Of a stretch of DNA of 64,000 nt, positions 52,653 to 63,522 are shown piece after piece. Each line of letters opens with the position of its first letter. The first letter of the stretch is position 1. The notes beneath the pieces were generated by a model. That model was not told the DNA's origin and ran no database searches. It was given only the letters and a program-made list of their open reading frames with translations. The stretch is from an uncultured Methanomassiliicoccales archaeon (lineage in GTDB: Archaea > Thermoplasmatota > Thermoplasmata > Methanomassiliicoccales > UBA472). Position numbers and translations under genes: made by a program. The stretch covers positions 439,733-503,732 of the forward strand of contig CAVTBB010000002.1 of NCBI GenBank assembly GCA_963732855.1, written 5' to 3'.

Positions 52653-53636
52653 TCAAGTCCTAAAGTCGTCTCGGAACTCTATTAGGAACGATTGGTCCTC
52701 ACTATTAATACCGTTTCTTGTCGCTCTTTCCAACTTTGATTCAGACTCCATCATTTCCCTGAGGTAATAAGTGCGGTGCTCTTCGAAATAGTAGATCGCC
52801 TGCAGGATGTTCGGTACCACTGAGACGAACAGACCCTCATGTTCCAGCTCCTGGCAGATCCGGTGGGTTTCCCTATTGTTGTGCGTCCACAGGGTGATGA
52901 TGAGCTGGTTAGGGATGTTGGAAAAGGACATTGTCCTGATTACACCAGCGGAGAGCTTCTTGATCAGAGAGAAGGCTACCTTCTCCTTGTCCACGTCCTC
53001 TCGTATGGTGAGGTGGATGTTGGTGATCGGGTCGGGTTGGGAATCTAGACGCCAGTGTATGGAGAAAACGATCAGCCTCTCCTCGGTCATCCGGTCCAGC
53101 CGCTTCCTTGCGGTCTTGACCGTGATGCCAACCTCTTTGGCCACATCGGTGATGGGACGCCGGGCGTCCGATTCCAGTGCTTTGACGATACGCAGGTCGA
53201 GCTTTGAAAGAGATTCCTTTGGCGCCGGCGGTGGTGTCGGCAGTATCCCGACCAGCAGCTCATGCATCACCGCTTCCTTCTGCACCATCGAAACGAATCC
53301 GGCCATGTCGCTAGCGTCCGTGACCAGGCCATGGACGTAGACGAAGTTGCCGCTGGCGACGAAGAAGACCGCCACTCTCCGGTCCTTCTCCAGCCTGGAG
53401 GCGACCTGGTCCATGGACGGTGCACGGGACCATCCGTAGACCACGATCCACATGTCGCCGTGATAATGTTCGCTGATGTAGGTGCCAGGGTGTGTGATGA
53501 TCCCGGCATCCATAAGTTCCTGGACTCGATGATGGACGGCCTGAGGAGTCAATCCGAGCGTTTTGCCCAGATCGGAATAGGACATCCTGGAGTTCAGCAT
53601 GAGGCTGCGCCCGATGGCAATGTCGATCTCGTCCAC
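52653..53636 (-). CDS. Tandem Lrp/AsnC-family transcriptional regulator
   Basis: Two HTHs: DEIDIAI..NSRMSYSDLGK and LDLRIV..DARRPITDVAKEVG. Confidence 0.88.
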   Translation of the reverse strand: MDEIDIAIGRSLMLNSRMSYSDLGKTLGLTPQAVHHRVQELMDAGIITHPGTYISEHYHGDMWIVVYGWSRAPSMDQVASRLEKDRRVAVFFVASGNFVYVHGLVTDASDMAGFVSMVQKEAVMHELLVGILPTPPPAPKESLSKLDLRIVKALESDARRPITDVAKEVGITVKTARKRLDRMTEERLIVFSIHWRLDSQPDPITNIHLTIREDVDKEKVAFSLIKKLSAGVIRTMSFSNIPNQLIITLWTHNNRETHRICQELEHEGLFVSVVPNILQAIYYFEEHRTYYLREMMESESKLERATRNGINSEDQSFLIEFRDDFRT

Positions 53637-53807
53637 AACGATGGCATGGGATGTGAAATAAAAAACGATTGCGGAATCGATTGGCTCGGCGGTCAGCGCA
53701 TATCGAAAGGTTCGTGCTGACATCTAGGCCGTTTCAGATTATCGACAGTTCAAACACTGTCTCTCATGAAGATTGAAATAAAGGAAAAAGAGGGCCCTCA
53801 TTTTTCC

Positions 53808-56675
53808 CTAGGGCCTCTTTGCTCGCCAATATATTACGCCGGCCACTATTCCGACACTAGCGGCTACCATCATGATCGTTGCCTCCAGGTTGAATTCTGA
53901 AGAGGATGTGTCCGCTGGTGATTCTGTGGCCTCTGAGGTGGTGAAGTTCCATGTGTAATTATTGGCAAGCGAGTTGCCGGCCAGGTCTTTGACGCTGGTG
54001 GTGATGGTGGCGGTGTATAGATGTGTTCGCCGTCAGATTACCCGTCGGTATAAAGGTCCCGGCGGTGGCCGCGGTAAGTCACCGTTACCTGCCACTGGCA
54101 TACCTCCTAGATTTCAGGGTGAATGATAGGGTCGTGACCGTCAGAGGATTCATTTCTTCGCTAAATGTGGCAGCCAGCACGCTGTTGATCGCAACGCCGG
54201 TGACGGCATTGGCTGGGACTGTGGTGCGCACTGTCGGCGCGATAGTGTCCGGTGTGGTGCCAGTGGTGAAGGTCCACACTTTGTTACCTGCCAAGGCGTT
54301 GCCGGCCAGGTCCTTGACGCCGGTGGTGATGGTGGCGGTGTAGAAGGTGCTGGCTGCAAGATTGTTGGTTGGCGTAAAGACCGCAATTACGTCAGAGAAG
54401 GTTACCGTCCCTGAGACCGGTTTGACACCATGCTTCAGATTGAATGTGACGGTTGTAATGGTCGAGGGGTCCATCCCCTCGCTAAATGTGGCAGCCAGCA
54501 CGCTGTTGATTGGCACGACCGTGGACGGCATCGGCCGGGTTCGTTATGGACACTCTCGGCGCTATCGTATCAACGAAAACGTCGATGGTTAAGGACCATA
54601 TGTAATTAATGGCTAAAGAGGGTTGCCGGCCAGGTCCTTGGCCCCGGTGGTGATGGTGGCGGTGTATACGACGCCCGTTCCGAAGATCGACGTATGGATC
54701 GAAGGTCGCTTTGACGCCAGTGTACGTCACTGAACCGGTAACGGCCGTTATCCCTTCCATCAAAATGAACGTTGCCGAGTTTATGGTCAACGGGTCCATC
54801 GCTTCGCTGAAGGTGAGCGATCATCAACTGATCATCAAGGCACGCCCAGCGAGTGGTTGGCCGGATCGGCGGAGATCACGGTGGGAGCAGTGTCGTCCGG
54901 TGTGGCACAGTAGTGGCGCGAGTGGTGAAGGACCATGCTTAGTCACTGGCCAGAGGCATTGCCGGCCAGGTCCTTGACGCCGGTGGTGACGGGCTGGTGG
55001 CGGTGTAGGCAGTGTTGTACGCAAGATTGACCGATGGTGTAAAGGTGGCAGTGACACCCGAGTAGGTCACAATACCTGTTACGGCGGTTGTCCCATTCAT
55101 CAAAATGAACGTTGCCGAGTTTATGGTCAACGGGTCCATCGCTTCGCTGAAGGTGAGCGTTCATCAAGCTGTTGACCAACGCCCAGCGCGATGGTGAACT
55201 GGCCGGTATGGTGGAGATCACGATGGGAGCAGTCGTTGTCCAACGATGGCACCGGTGGTGAAGGACCATGAATAGTCACTGACCAGAGCATTGCCGGCCA
55301 GGTCCTTGACGTCGGTGGTGATGGTGGCGGTGTAGACCGTGTTGTACGCACGATCGACTGATGGTGTAAAGGTGGCAGTGACACCGGAGTAGGTCACCGC
55401 TCCATCAATTGGGATCTCGTACCTTGCATCAGCGTAAATGTTGTTGTGTCGATGGTTGAAGAGTCCATCATTTCGCTGAAGGTGGCGGTCATCAAGCTGT
55501 TGATCGACATCGTCCCAAGCGCGACATTGACCGGAATGGTGGAGATCACGATGGGAGCAGTGTTGTCCGGGGGGCCCAGTGGTGAAGTTCCATGTGTAAT
55601 TATTGGCAAGCGCGTTGCCGGCCAGGTCTTTGACGCCGGTGGTGATGGTGGCGGTGTATAGAGTGCTGGAAGCAAGATCAACGGTTGGGGCAAACACTGC
55701 GGTTACACCCGAGTAGGTCACCGCTCCAGAAACAGGCGTCGCGCCTTGCATCAAGGTAAATGTTGTCGGGTTGATGGTCAAGGGGTCCATTGCTTCGCTG
55801 AATGTAGAGGACGTCACGTTATTGATCGCCACATCCGTGACGGCATTGGCTGGGATGATGGAGATCACGGTAGGGGTGGCAGCATCCGTAGGCATGATGA
55901 CCGCGTTGGCGTCCAAAGTAACCGCAGTCTGCGCCATTGCTCTGCCGTTAAGCGTCGCGCCAGTTTTCAGCACGATAGCTAATTGATCCAGAATATTTCC
56001 ATTGAGGATGGATAATGTTCCCAGAGTAGTTTGATCAGCGACCTGCCAGAAGATGTTCTTTGCCTGTGCGCCGCCGCTCAGGATGACATGGATGCCGTCG
56101 CCGATATCGAGATTTTGCGCTATCTGGAATATCCAAACGGAATCTGAACTTCCTGAAAGAGTGACGTCTGCTGGGATTATCACGCCACTGCTCCACTTAT
56201 AAAGACCGGGGGCTAGCGTCATTCCTCCGATATTTCCAGCCCCGAGCTCGGTGCTGTCCGGTAAGGTCCGTCCAGCGGCATCATTGTACGCTGTCTGCAT
56301 GTCACTTATGGCTGCGGTCATGACAGTTGGAGTGGGGGCCGCATAGGCCTTCCCAGTTACCAAAGATGATGTCGCGAATTGATTGGATGAGTCCAGGATC
56401 AAACCGAATCCAGTCATGGCCGCGCCTGTGATCGGGCTCACGCCGATGTCCCCTACGATCGTTGTAGCCCCTGTGGTGGTGATCCCCGTTTCGGCCAGAA
56501 TCGCGAAATTGCTGGCCGATCCTAGTTCGACTGGCGCCCGCGGTGCCGATTCGAACGCCATCCCGGTCAGCATTAATGTCAGAACCATGAACGCCGCCAT
56601 CAGAACTACCACGGCGGGGCTAAAGCTCTTAGCCATAATTTGTGACCTGTCATTCTTACTTGAAACTTTACTCAT
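53808..56675 (-). CDS. Ice-binding-like (DUF3494) surface protein with six Ig-like (Big_5/SbsA) repeats and C-terminal TM; many frameshifts
   Basis: VELGSASNFAILAETGI, LAPGLYKW, WIFQI, GGAQAKNIFWQV, LNGRAMAQTAVTLDAN; six YTATITTGVKDLAGN units; C-terminal TM IMMVAASVGIVAGVIYWRAKRP. Confidence 0.88.
53940..55870. repeat. About 330-bp Ig-like domain repeats (6 copies)
   Basis: TTGCCGGCCAGGTC(C/T)TTG recurs near 53975, 54300, 54625, 54960, 55290, 55615; an about 60-bp exact duplicate near 54760 and 55100. Confidence 0.9.
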
Positions 56676-57058
56676 GCAAATTCCTCGAATCGAACCACGC
56701 AGGTTCGTTCTTTGGCAGGGAAAAACAATGTTGGCTGCGAACGCTAGGCGATGCGTCCCGCCTCTCCTTAATATAATCTTCTAACCTTTGTCAGTATTAT
56801 TTTAATTAATAATAACACCTGTAAATGAAAATATGAATTTTGTTTTCTGAGACCATTTCCTTCGAAATAGTAATAGTCTGTCAATCGGAAGACACACGCA
56901 TCAATCAGCTATCGGACATGCCCTTCTGGATCGATTCTCCCAGCTAAAATGTGGTTTGCGGTTCTGAGGCCATTGGGATGGCCGCTGTGATGGTGTTACC
57001 TGCTTTCCCGAACGCGCATTACGGCAATGAACAAGATATCGTTATTCCGCTCTTGGCA

Positions 57059-59442
57059 TTACTTGGTGGTGATCTTTGCCGGATGCGAGCATTTTGGATT
57101 GGAACAGGTGATGACCTGGTCCATGTCGAAGTAGTGCATCCTCCGGCCGCATTCGGGACAGAGGAACAACTTATCCAGCACATTCACGGAGTTGCAGAAG
57201 CTCCTCACCTCTTCCATAGAGACATCGTAGGCGTCCTCATTGTTATGCGACATGAGATTGCCCAGGTACCTGGTCCGGTCCAGTCTCTGGATCAATGGCA
57301 AGACGGTTCCGTCATACTCCTCAGCAACGATGATGTCCTTGGCCCGTTTGCGGAACGCGATGAACAGGTCCCCGGCCGTGAAACGGTATGAGCCGCCTCT
57401 GAACGGGACGCTGGCCTTTACCATGAGACACAGGTCTTCCAGGACCACCTCCAGATATCTTCTGCCCTCGTTGCCGGCCCCACACCTATCTCCGTCGGTG
57501 ATCTTGTCCTGGATGGTATCCCAGCACGATTTCTTGCTCCTGATGATCGGGCCGCCCTTGGGCGTCCAGGCGATGATCTCCAGATTCGCCGATGGAACGT
57601 TCGCTGCCCTCTGGTAGCTGAGCAGCTGCTCGAACCACACCCCATCGTGCGTGGTTATCACGATCTGGGCGTCACCGAATTCCGAATACAGGAGGTCGCA
57701 TATCCTTTCCCGGTGGCCGGAATCCACAGTGGTGACGACGTCATCCAAAGCGATCAGCGGACATTTCATCTCGAGACGTTTTATGAACGCCAGGAAGATG
57801 CATAGACCAAGCGAGTCCAGGTGTCCTTCGCTAAGATAGGCCCGGGGATCTTCGTTACCTTTTGCGAAACACGTTACCGTCAGTTCCGCACTGCCTTTCC
57901 TTTCCGGGATGATCGACAGTTTGATGTCACAAATATCATCCTCCGGGTGAAGGGACCTGTAGAATTTTCCGACATCCACGATCATGTCGTCGAACAGTTC
58001 CTGGAGGTTCATTTTCCTCACCTCCGAAAAGGTCTCGTGGATCTTGTCGGCATAGCTCAATTTCTTCTCAATGGCGGACGCCTCGTATTCCAACTGGAGA
58101 ACGCTGTCCTTCGCTAGTCTAATCCTCTCCATTGCCATAAGCATCTGCAGCCGCTCGTTCTCGGACTTGCTGGGGGCTATCCTTTCCAGCTCCGTTCTCC
58201 CGAACTCATGGATCTCGCTCAGGGTGGCATTGGCCTCATCGATGCTGCGCCCGAAGAGATCACAGTCCATGACATTGCCCCTTGTCTGCGTACGGCCCAG
58301 TTCTTCGATGACCTGCTCAAATGAGGCCTTGTACAGATCCAATCTCTCATCCTGTCCATGCAGTGCCGGGTAGTCGCGCACCACTTTAGTGGCCTTCTCC
58401 ATTTCGGAGAGTGCGGTCTTGACATCTTCTACCAATCCTGAGACCATAGAGTCCGCCTTTTCCGATTCTTCCTTGAACAGCTTCAGCGACATCAACTGGT
58501 CATCGATGTCGCCCAGCAATCTAATGTGGTCGATCTCCTGTTGGCACAGGGGGCACGTCCCATTTTCTGTTTGCACCAATATTTTCCTGCCTGCCTCGAG
58601 CATGTCCAGAACGTTGTTGTTCCATTGACGTTTCTCGCTTATTTGCGACCGAACATATTCTTCGATCATGTAAAGCCGGTTCGTGACCTCCTTGGAGAGG
58701 AACTCCTTAGGCAAAATGGCAAACACCAGACTGATCTTCTCTACCTTTTCCTTGATGGCTAGATCGTAGGAACCAAGCACCGATCTGCTTGCGTAAGTGT
58801 CGACCTCCTCCAGGGTGTTCACCGATGGAAGGCCAACGCCGCTCAGCCTGTCGTTCAACGGGGCGATGATTTCGTTAAGATCCTTTACGCTGCAACCTAA
58901 TTCCGTCTGTAGGCCTTTGAGAAGCGAGGAGATCTTGTTCTTGCGATCGGCCTTTTCGATCTCCAGTTTCCTTATTACCTTGACCATTTCCGCTTCGACG
59001 GTCTCCAGAACCTGTATGCCCAGCATAGCGGCGATGACCTGGTCACGCTCTGTGGCCTGGCTGGTTATGAAGCTTAATATCTGTGTCCTTCTCAGGATGA
59101 ACGTCCCATCGGCCATGGCGGAAAATTCTTCCTCGAACTCCTTCGGGACGCTTAGGACATCGGAAACGGTCCTGATAGGGTACGAGCTCCGGGATCGACC
59201 GTTGCCTCCACCTTCATATCCTCCAGTTTAAAGTCCACGTGAGGAAAATGGGTGTTGAACGATATCGCCTGGACGCCCTTGCAGCGGGACACGGCTCCAG
59301 TGAAGAAGAACTCGATGGCGTCTATTATCGAGCTCTTTCCAGTGCCGTTCTCACCGTAGATGAGAACGTTCTTTCCCTCGAAATCCAGGCGCAGCGAGGG
59401 GACACCCCGGACCCCGGAAATGGTCATGCCCTTAACTTTCAT
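57059..59442 (-). CDS. SMC/Rad50-like ABC ATPase with zinc hook and C-terminal HEPN-like + zinc-ribbon region; frameshift near 59155-59200
   Basis: Walker A GENGTGKSS, CPLCQQ hook, LSEGH signature, ALDDV Walker B, TTHD, C-terminal RYLGNLMSH and CPEC..CSNPKC. Confidence 0.82.
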
Positions 59443-59608
59443 CTTTTATCATCTCATCGAGAAGCTTTTCAAATTCGATCTCAGAGAAATCGTCCATGTT
59501 AGACATCAGCTTCTCTAGTCTTTCGATGCCCTTTGATGGTATGGCCCTCTCCGTTCTTAACGCAGAAAGGAATTCCGCCTTCACTTTTTTAACCACGACC
59601 AGATTCAT
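59432..59608 (-). CDS. Small helical protein coupled to the ATPase (not in ORF track)
   Basis: 58 aa MNLVVVKKVKAEFLSAL...LLDEMIKDES; its stop overlaps the ATPase start; GGTG just before the ATG. Confidence 0.65.
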   Translation of the reverse strand: MNLVVVKKVKAEFLSALRTERAIPSKGIERLEKLMSNMDDFSEIEFEKLLDEMIKDES

Positions 59609-59715
59609 CACCGTTGCAGATTGAATTTACCATCAGGTAGTACTTAGACCATCCCATTCGCACTGGGTTGATCGTAGTTATAATTACGGATAAATATTTT
59701 AATTGAATTTTAATT

Positions 59716-61173
59716 TTAGATGTCCGTTCTGTGGGAAATGCCGCTGGCCAGCTGACCGATCGATTCCAGACGCTGTGCTTCCGCTACCGCCCTCTGCATC
59801 CTGATGTCGTCGGCGATGTCCCGGAACACCATCACGTAGCCGACGACCGAACCGGACCGGTCGCGGACGGGGGTGGAATTGTAAGATAGGTCACGGCGGC
59901 CGCCGTGGTTCACGACGACCACTTTCTTCTCTTTGTTGCCGTCGTGGTCACTTGCCACCCAGTATGCGTTCTCAGACATCTCGGTCAGCGGGTCAAGAAT
60001 TGGAAGGACGGTCGATATCTTGCAGCCGGCGACCGCCCTGGCATCGTGCCGGTGTACTCGACGATATGGTTGGCCAGCAGGATCGTCCCTCACGTGTCGG
60101 TAAGGCTAACGCCTCGCCGATGCCGTGGAGAGTGACGTCAGCCCTTCCTTCTCCTGGAATAATGTCTTCTGAGCCTCTTTAGTCCGCTTCACCTCTTCGG
60201 CGAGCTGTTCGGTTATGAGGGTGAGGTCCCGGGTCCGTTCTATCACCTTATCTTCGAGGTTGTTGGCATAGATCTTCAGCGCATCCACCATCCGGACCTT
60301 CTGGACCGCCAGTAAGTAAGATTCGCAAGCGATTGGAAAGGCGCGAAACGTTCTTTGGTGAACCATCCGTGCTGACGGTGTCCGAAGACGAACGCGCCGA
60401 TCTGACAGCCTTCCTCGATTAGCGGGACGATCTCCCACACGCCGTCGATCTGGTCGACAGTTCTCACTTGCTCTCCGTTCGTATCGCTGACTATCGGGTT
60501 GATCCCGGGGTCGGGGGCGGCCCCTTTCTTCACCACCGCCTTCAGGTTTCCGGAGACGCCCATTAGGAAGACAAGGGCGGTGGACGCCTCTAATCGATCG
60601 ACCGCGACGCTGCAGATGCTATCGAGGGGGTCAGATGCCGACCCAGATTCGGTTGCCGTTCTTCTTGGTGAACCTTTGGACACGGGACAACGAGGCGGTC
60701 CGGTTGTCCTTGATCACTTCGGAGATAACGGATGGTGAGGAACGGTCGACGAAGGAGTTAAGGTCGAAACCGATGAGCTCGTCGGTCGTCGTTCCGAGGA
60801 TCTCGTTCGCCTCGAGGTTGGCGTGGACCATGATGCCCTTCTCGTCGGTCTCTATGATGCCATAGGGGGCGCGCTCGATCATCGCCCAGATGCGGCTCTA
60901 GCTCTGACGGAGAGAGGTCTGCGAGGACCGGAGGGAGTCAAAGCCCTTCTTGACGAGATAGTAAAGGAGCACCGATGTCAGAAGAATGAACCCAATGCCC
61001 TTGACGATTGAAATGTTGGTACGCGTGGAAGGGTCTGCGACCATGAGGTAGACGCCGTTGTCGGAGAGAAGTATCCAGACCGCGGAGACGACGAAATAGA
61101 CAAGCACTATCTCTAGCGGCCTTTCGAACAATCTGTGCCTGGGCGGATCAGCGGTGGAATTCCCCATTTCCAT
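59716..61173 (-). pseudogene. PAS/GAF sensor histidine kinase remnant, truncated at the H-box
   Basis: TM WILLSD..KGIGFIL, PAS, GAF-like segment, VFRDI, QRLESIGQLASGISH then stop; frameshifts and an in-frame TAG at 60898. Confidence 0.75.
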
Positions 61174-61341
61174 TTCCCCCGATTGTTAATCTTGAGGTCA
61201 GGTATTTCATCTCAATCCATAATAAACCCTTGACCAGATTATCATCTCAGGGATTTCTATTAACAAGCATATTGCTCATTGTTGGGTTTATACCGATTCC
61301 TGATGGTGGGCCTATCTTTACCTTCAACAGATACGGGTGAT

Positions 61342-62607
61342 CTATTTTGCTTGGATATCCCCTGTTTTCATAGGTACGCCCGGATCCCAAGCATCGTCAA
61401 GTATCAATTTCGCCTCCTCGAAAGTAATATTTCGCAATTTTTTAAATTGCTCCTTAGGAATTGATTTGTGTTCAAGTGATGGAGAGTAATACTTCAACCC
61501 TTCCCTTACGCATATATTCGTGCGACGAACATTTTTTCTGAATTGTTTTACTGATTTATCTGTCCAACCACAGCTTTCATGGATATAATAATCGAGATTT
61601 GTTTGACCAATTTTTCTAGCATCAAAATGATCGTACATTTGAGAAAGGGGACGGAACCGACAATCAGAAATCTGAACCTTCCAATTCCAACACTGGACTC
61701 TTTTTAGTTCCATCTCTTCAAAGGTTGTGTCCCAATTATATAATACAAATACATAAATCTGATTTGATGGATACCCGGCTTCCAATAGCATGTTGATTTG
61801 CTTTTCAATGCTCCCTTTTTGGGCAAATCCCCAATCCCATGCGATCCTTGGGTACCTGAATCCAGCTTTCCTTAGCATTTTCGCAAGCTCTGGCTTTTCG
61901 AGAAATATTCTCCCATCAAAACCAGATTGACTTTCACACCAGGTGATCTTTTTTTCAGATTTTAGGTCGGCTAGTTCCTTCAATATTATTTCAATACTTG
62001 GATTCATCAATAGATTATTGTCATAAAATACTATTTTTTTATACTTGATTAATTTGTCAACCGTACTTTTTGGGACAAAATTTGGTTCGATTATCCAGGT
62101 TCCACAAAATTTGCACTCCCTCGGACAGCCCCTGGACAAATGCACTATTTGGTAGTCTATTTCTTCATCTTCGGAGACTAGAAGGTCGTAGGCTGGGAAT
62201 TCTTTCTCGGCCTCCTCAATCACTCCTTTAATCACGACATCTGCACCTGTATATTTCTTGACCTCATCTTCTGGACGGAGTGAAGCGTATATTCCTCCGA
62301 CTTTGACAGTTGACTGGGGGAACTGTTTCTTGTAGAACTGGACCGAATCCCGAACATATTTCGACCAGTAAGTGAACAGTGAAGTTACCCATACTTCGTC
62401 TGGGTAGAATTGGGAAATCTCAATTGTATCCTCTATTGTTTTTGGAATTCCTCTAACAAGTTTTACTTGATTTCCATTTTTCCTTTGCATAGCGGCGATT
62501 TTCAATAACCCAATTGGTAAGAAGTTTTTGTGATTCTTGCTTTTTACTGGTATGGGAAAATCAGGTTCGACCAATAGAATCTTTTTCAACAGTATCACCA
62601 AAATCAA
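61342..62607 (-). CDS. B12-binding radical SAM protein
   Basis: LLVEP..FLPIGLLKIA, TSLFTYW, VGGIYASL, SRGCPRECKFC, FYDNN. Confidence 0.85.
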   Translation of the reverse strand: MILVILLKKILLVEPDFPIPVKSKNHKNFLPIGLLKIAAMQRKNGNQVKLVRGIPKTIEDTIEISQFYPDEVWVTSLFTYWSKYVRDSVQFYKKQFPQSTVKVGGIYASLRPEDEVKKYTGADVVIKGVIEEAEKEFPAYDLLVSEDEEIDYQIVHLSRGCPRECKFCGTWIIEPNFVPKSTVDKLIKYKKIVFYDNNLLMNPSIEIILKELADLKSEKKITWCESQSGFDGRIFLEKPELAKMLRKAGFRYPRIAWDWGFAQKGSIEKQINMLLEAGYPSNQIYVFVLYNWDTTFEEMELKRVQCWNWKVQISDCRFRPLSQMYDHFDARKIGQTNLDYYIHESCGWTDKSVKQFRKNVRRTNICVREGLKYYSPSLEHKSIPKEQFKKLRNITFEEAKLILDDAWDPGVPMKTGDIQAK

Positions 62608-62608
62608 G

Positions 62609-63453
62609 TTACTTAATTATAATTTCATTCCAGTTGTTTTTCTTTGCGCAAACTCGGACAATTTTGCCTAGGTCCTTTTCATTGATAAGGACCGATTCGG
62701 CTGAACCGACCAAATCGTTTCTATTCTCGCCATCTAACGAGTAGCCAGACACTCTTCCCTCAAGCACCTTATAGGAAGTTTTCAAAGTCATTTCTAACAT
62801 AATTTTATCCTTAGGCCCTATTAGGAGTACATATCGAATTTTGTCGTTTTTGAGTGTGCTTATTTTTCTCAAATTGTGATCTAATCCATATTTCAGACAA
62901 TTTGCTACAATGACCCGAACTTTGCCATCTGGACTCGAGAATCCGGCATCGAATTCCTTATCCTCAAACTTCAAGGGCTTCACAACTTTCAGTGGCCCTT
63001 CGACCACCTGTCGATCGAGGGCTGCTTTCTCTGCAGTTACAATCTTGTTTGAATATGAGAACCAATTGCACAGTGTTATTGCTCTCCTATTCGCTGTGCT
63101 TTCAGCCAACTTTAAATTTGATTTTAACCATTCTTTAATAATTATTTTATCAGGATTTGTTATTATTGTCGGACCTAGTTGATCCATCAGAATCTTAGTA
63201 ATTTCGGCGTTGCGTATAGATTCTGATATTAGTTTGATCGAATCGAACTTTCCGACTCTAGAATCTTTGTACCCGAATCAGTCAATCTACGCTCCTCATC
63301 GATCCAGCCTAGGATTTCACAAGCAGTAATTATCAGATTCCCGTGTCTGATATGCTGCCCGCATTTGGTGGCAATTTTCTGTGCCGTTGGATTATCTGAC
63401 TTAAATTCGGCCAATATTATTGCCAGGAACTCGGGATTTTCTTTTTCAGGCAC
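62609..63453 (-). CDS. wHTH-containing hypothetical protein (two ORFs joined by a frameshift; may be the C-terminus of the HerA-like gene)
   Basis: ACEILGWID..RLTDSG and LAESTANRRAITLCNWF winged-helix pattern; frameshift near 63230. Confidence 0.55.
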
Positions 63454-63522
63454 AAACTTACGATCAGGGTATTAATATTGATCCCGCCCGTTTATGCGCC
63501 CCACCCACCATGCTCACTCTTT

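Noticed and set aside
57059-59442. Housekeeping Rad50 or SMC
   Set aside because: No mre11/nurA neighbours, no hinge, a shorter coiled coil and an extra C-terminal domain.
786-63182. Numerous antisense or overlapping ORFs in the track (e.g. 16385-17272, 4319-5035)
   Set aside because: They are shadows of well-supported genes in GC-rich coding DNA.
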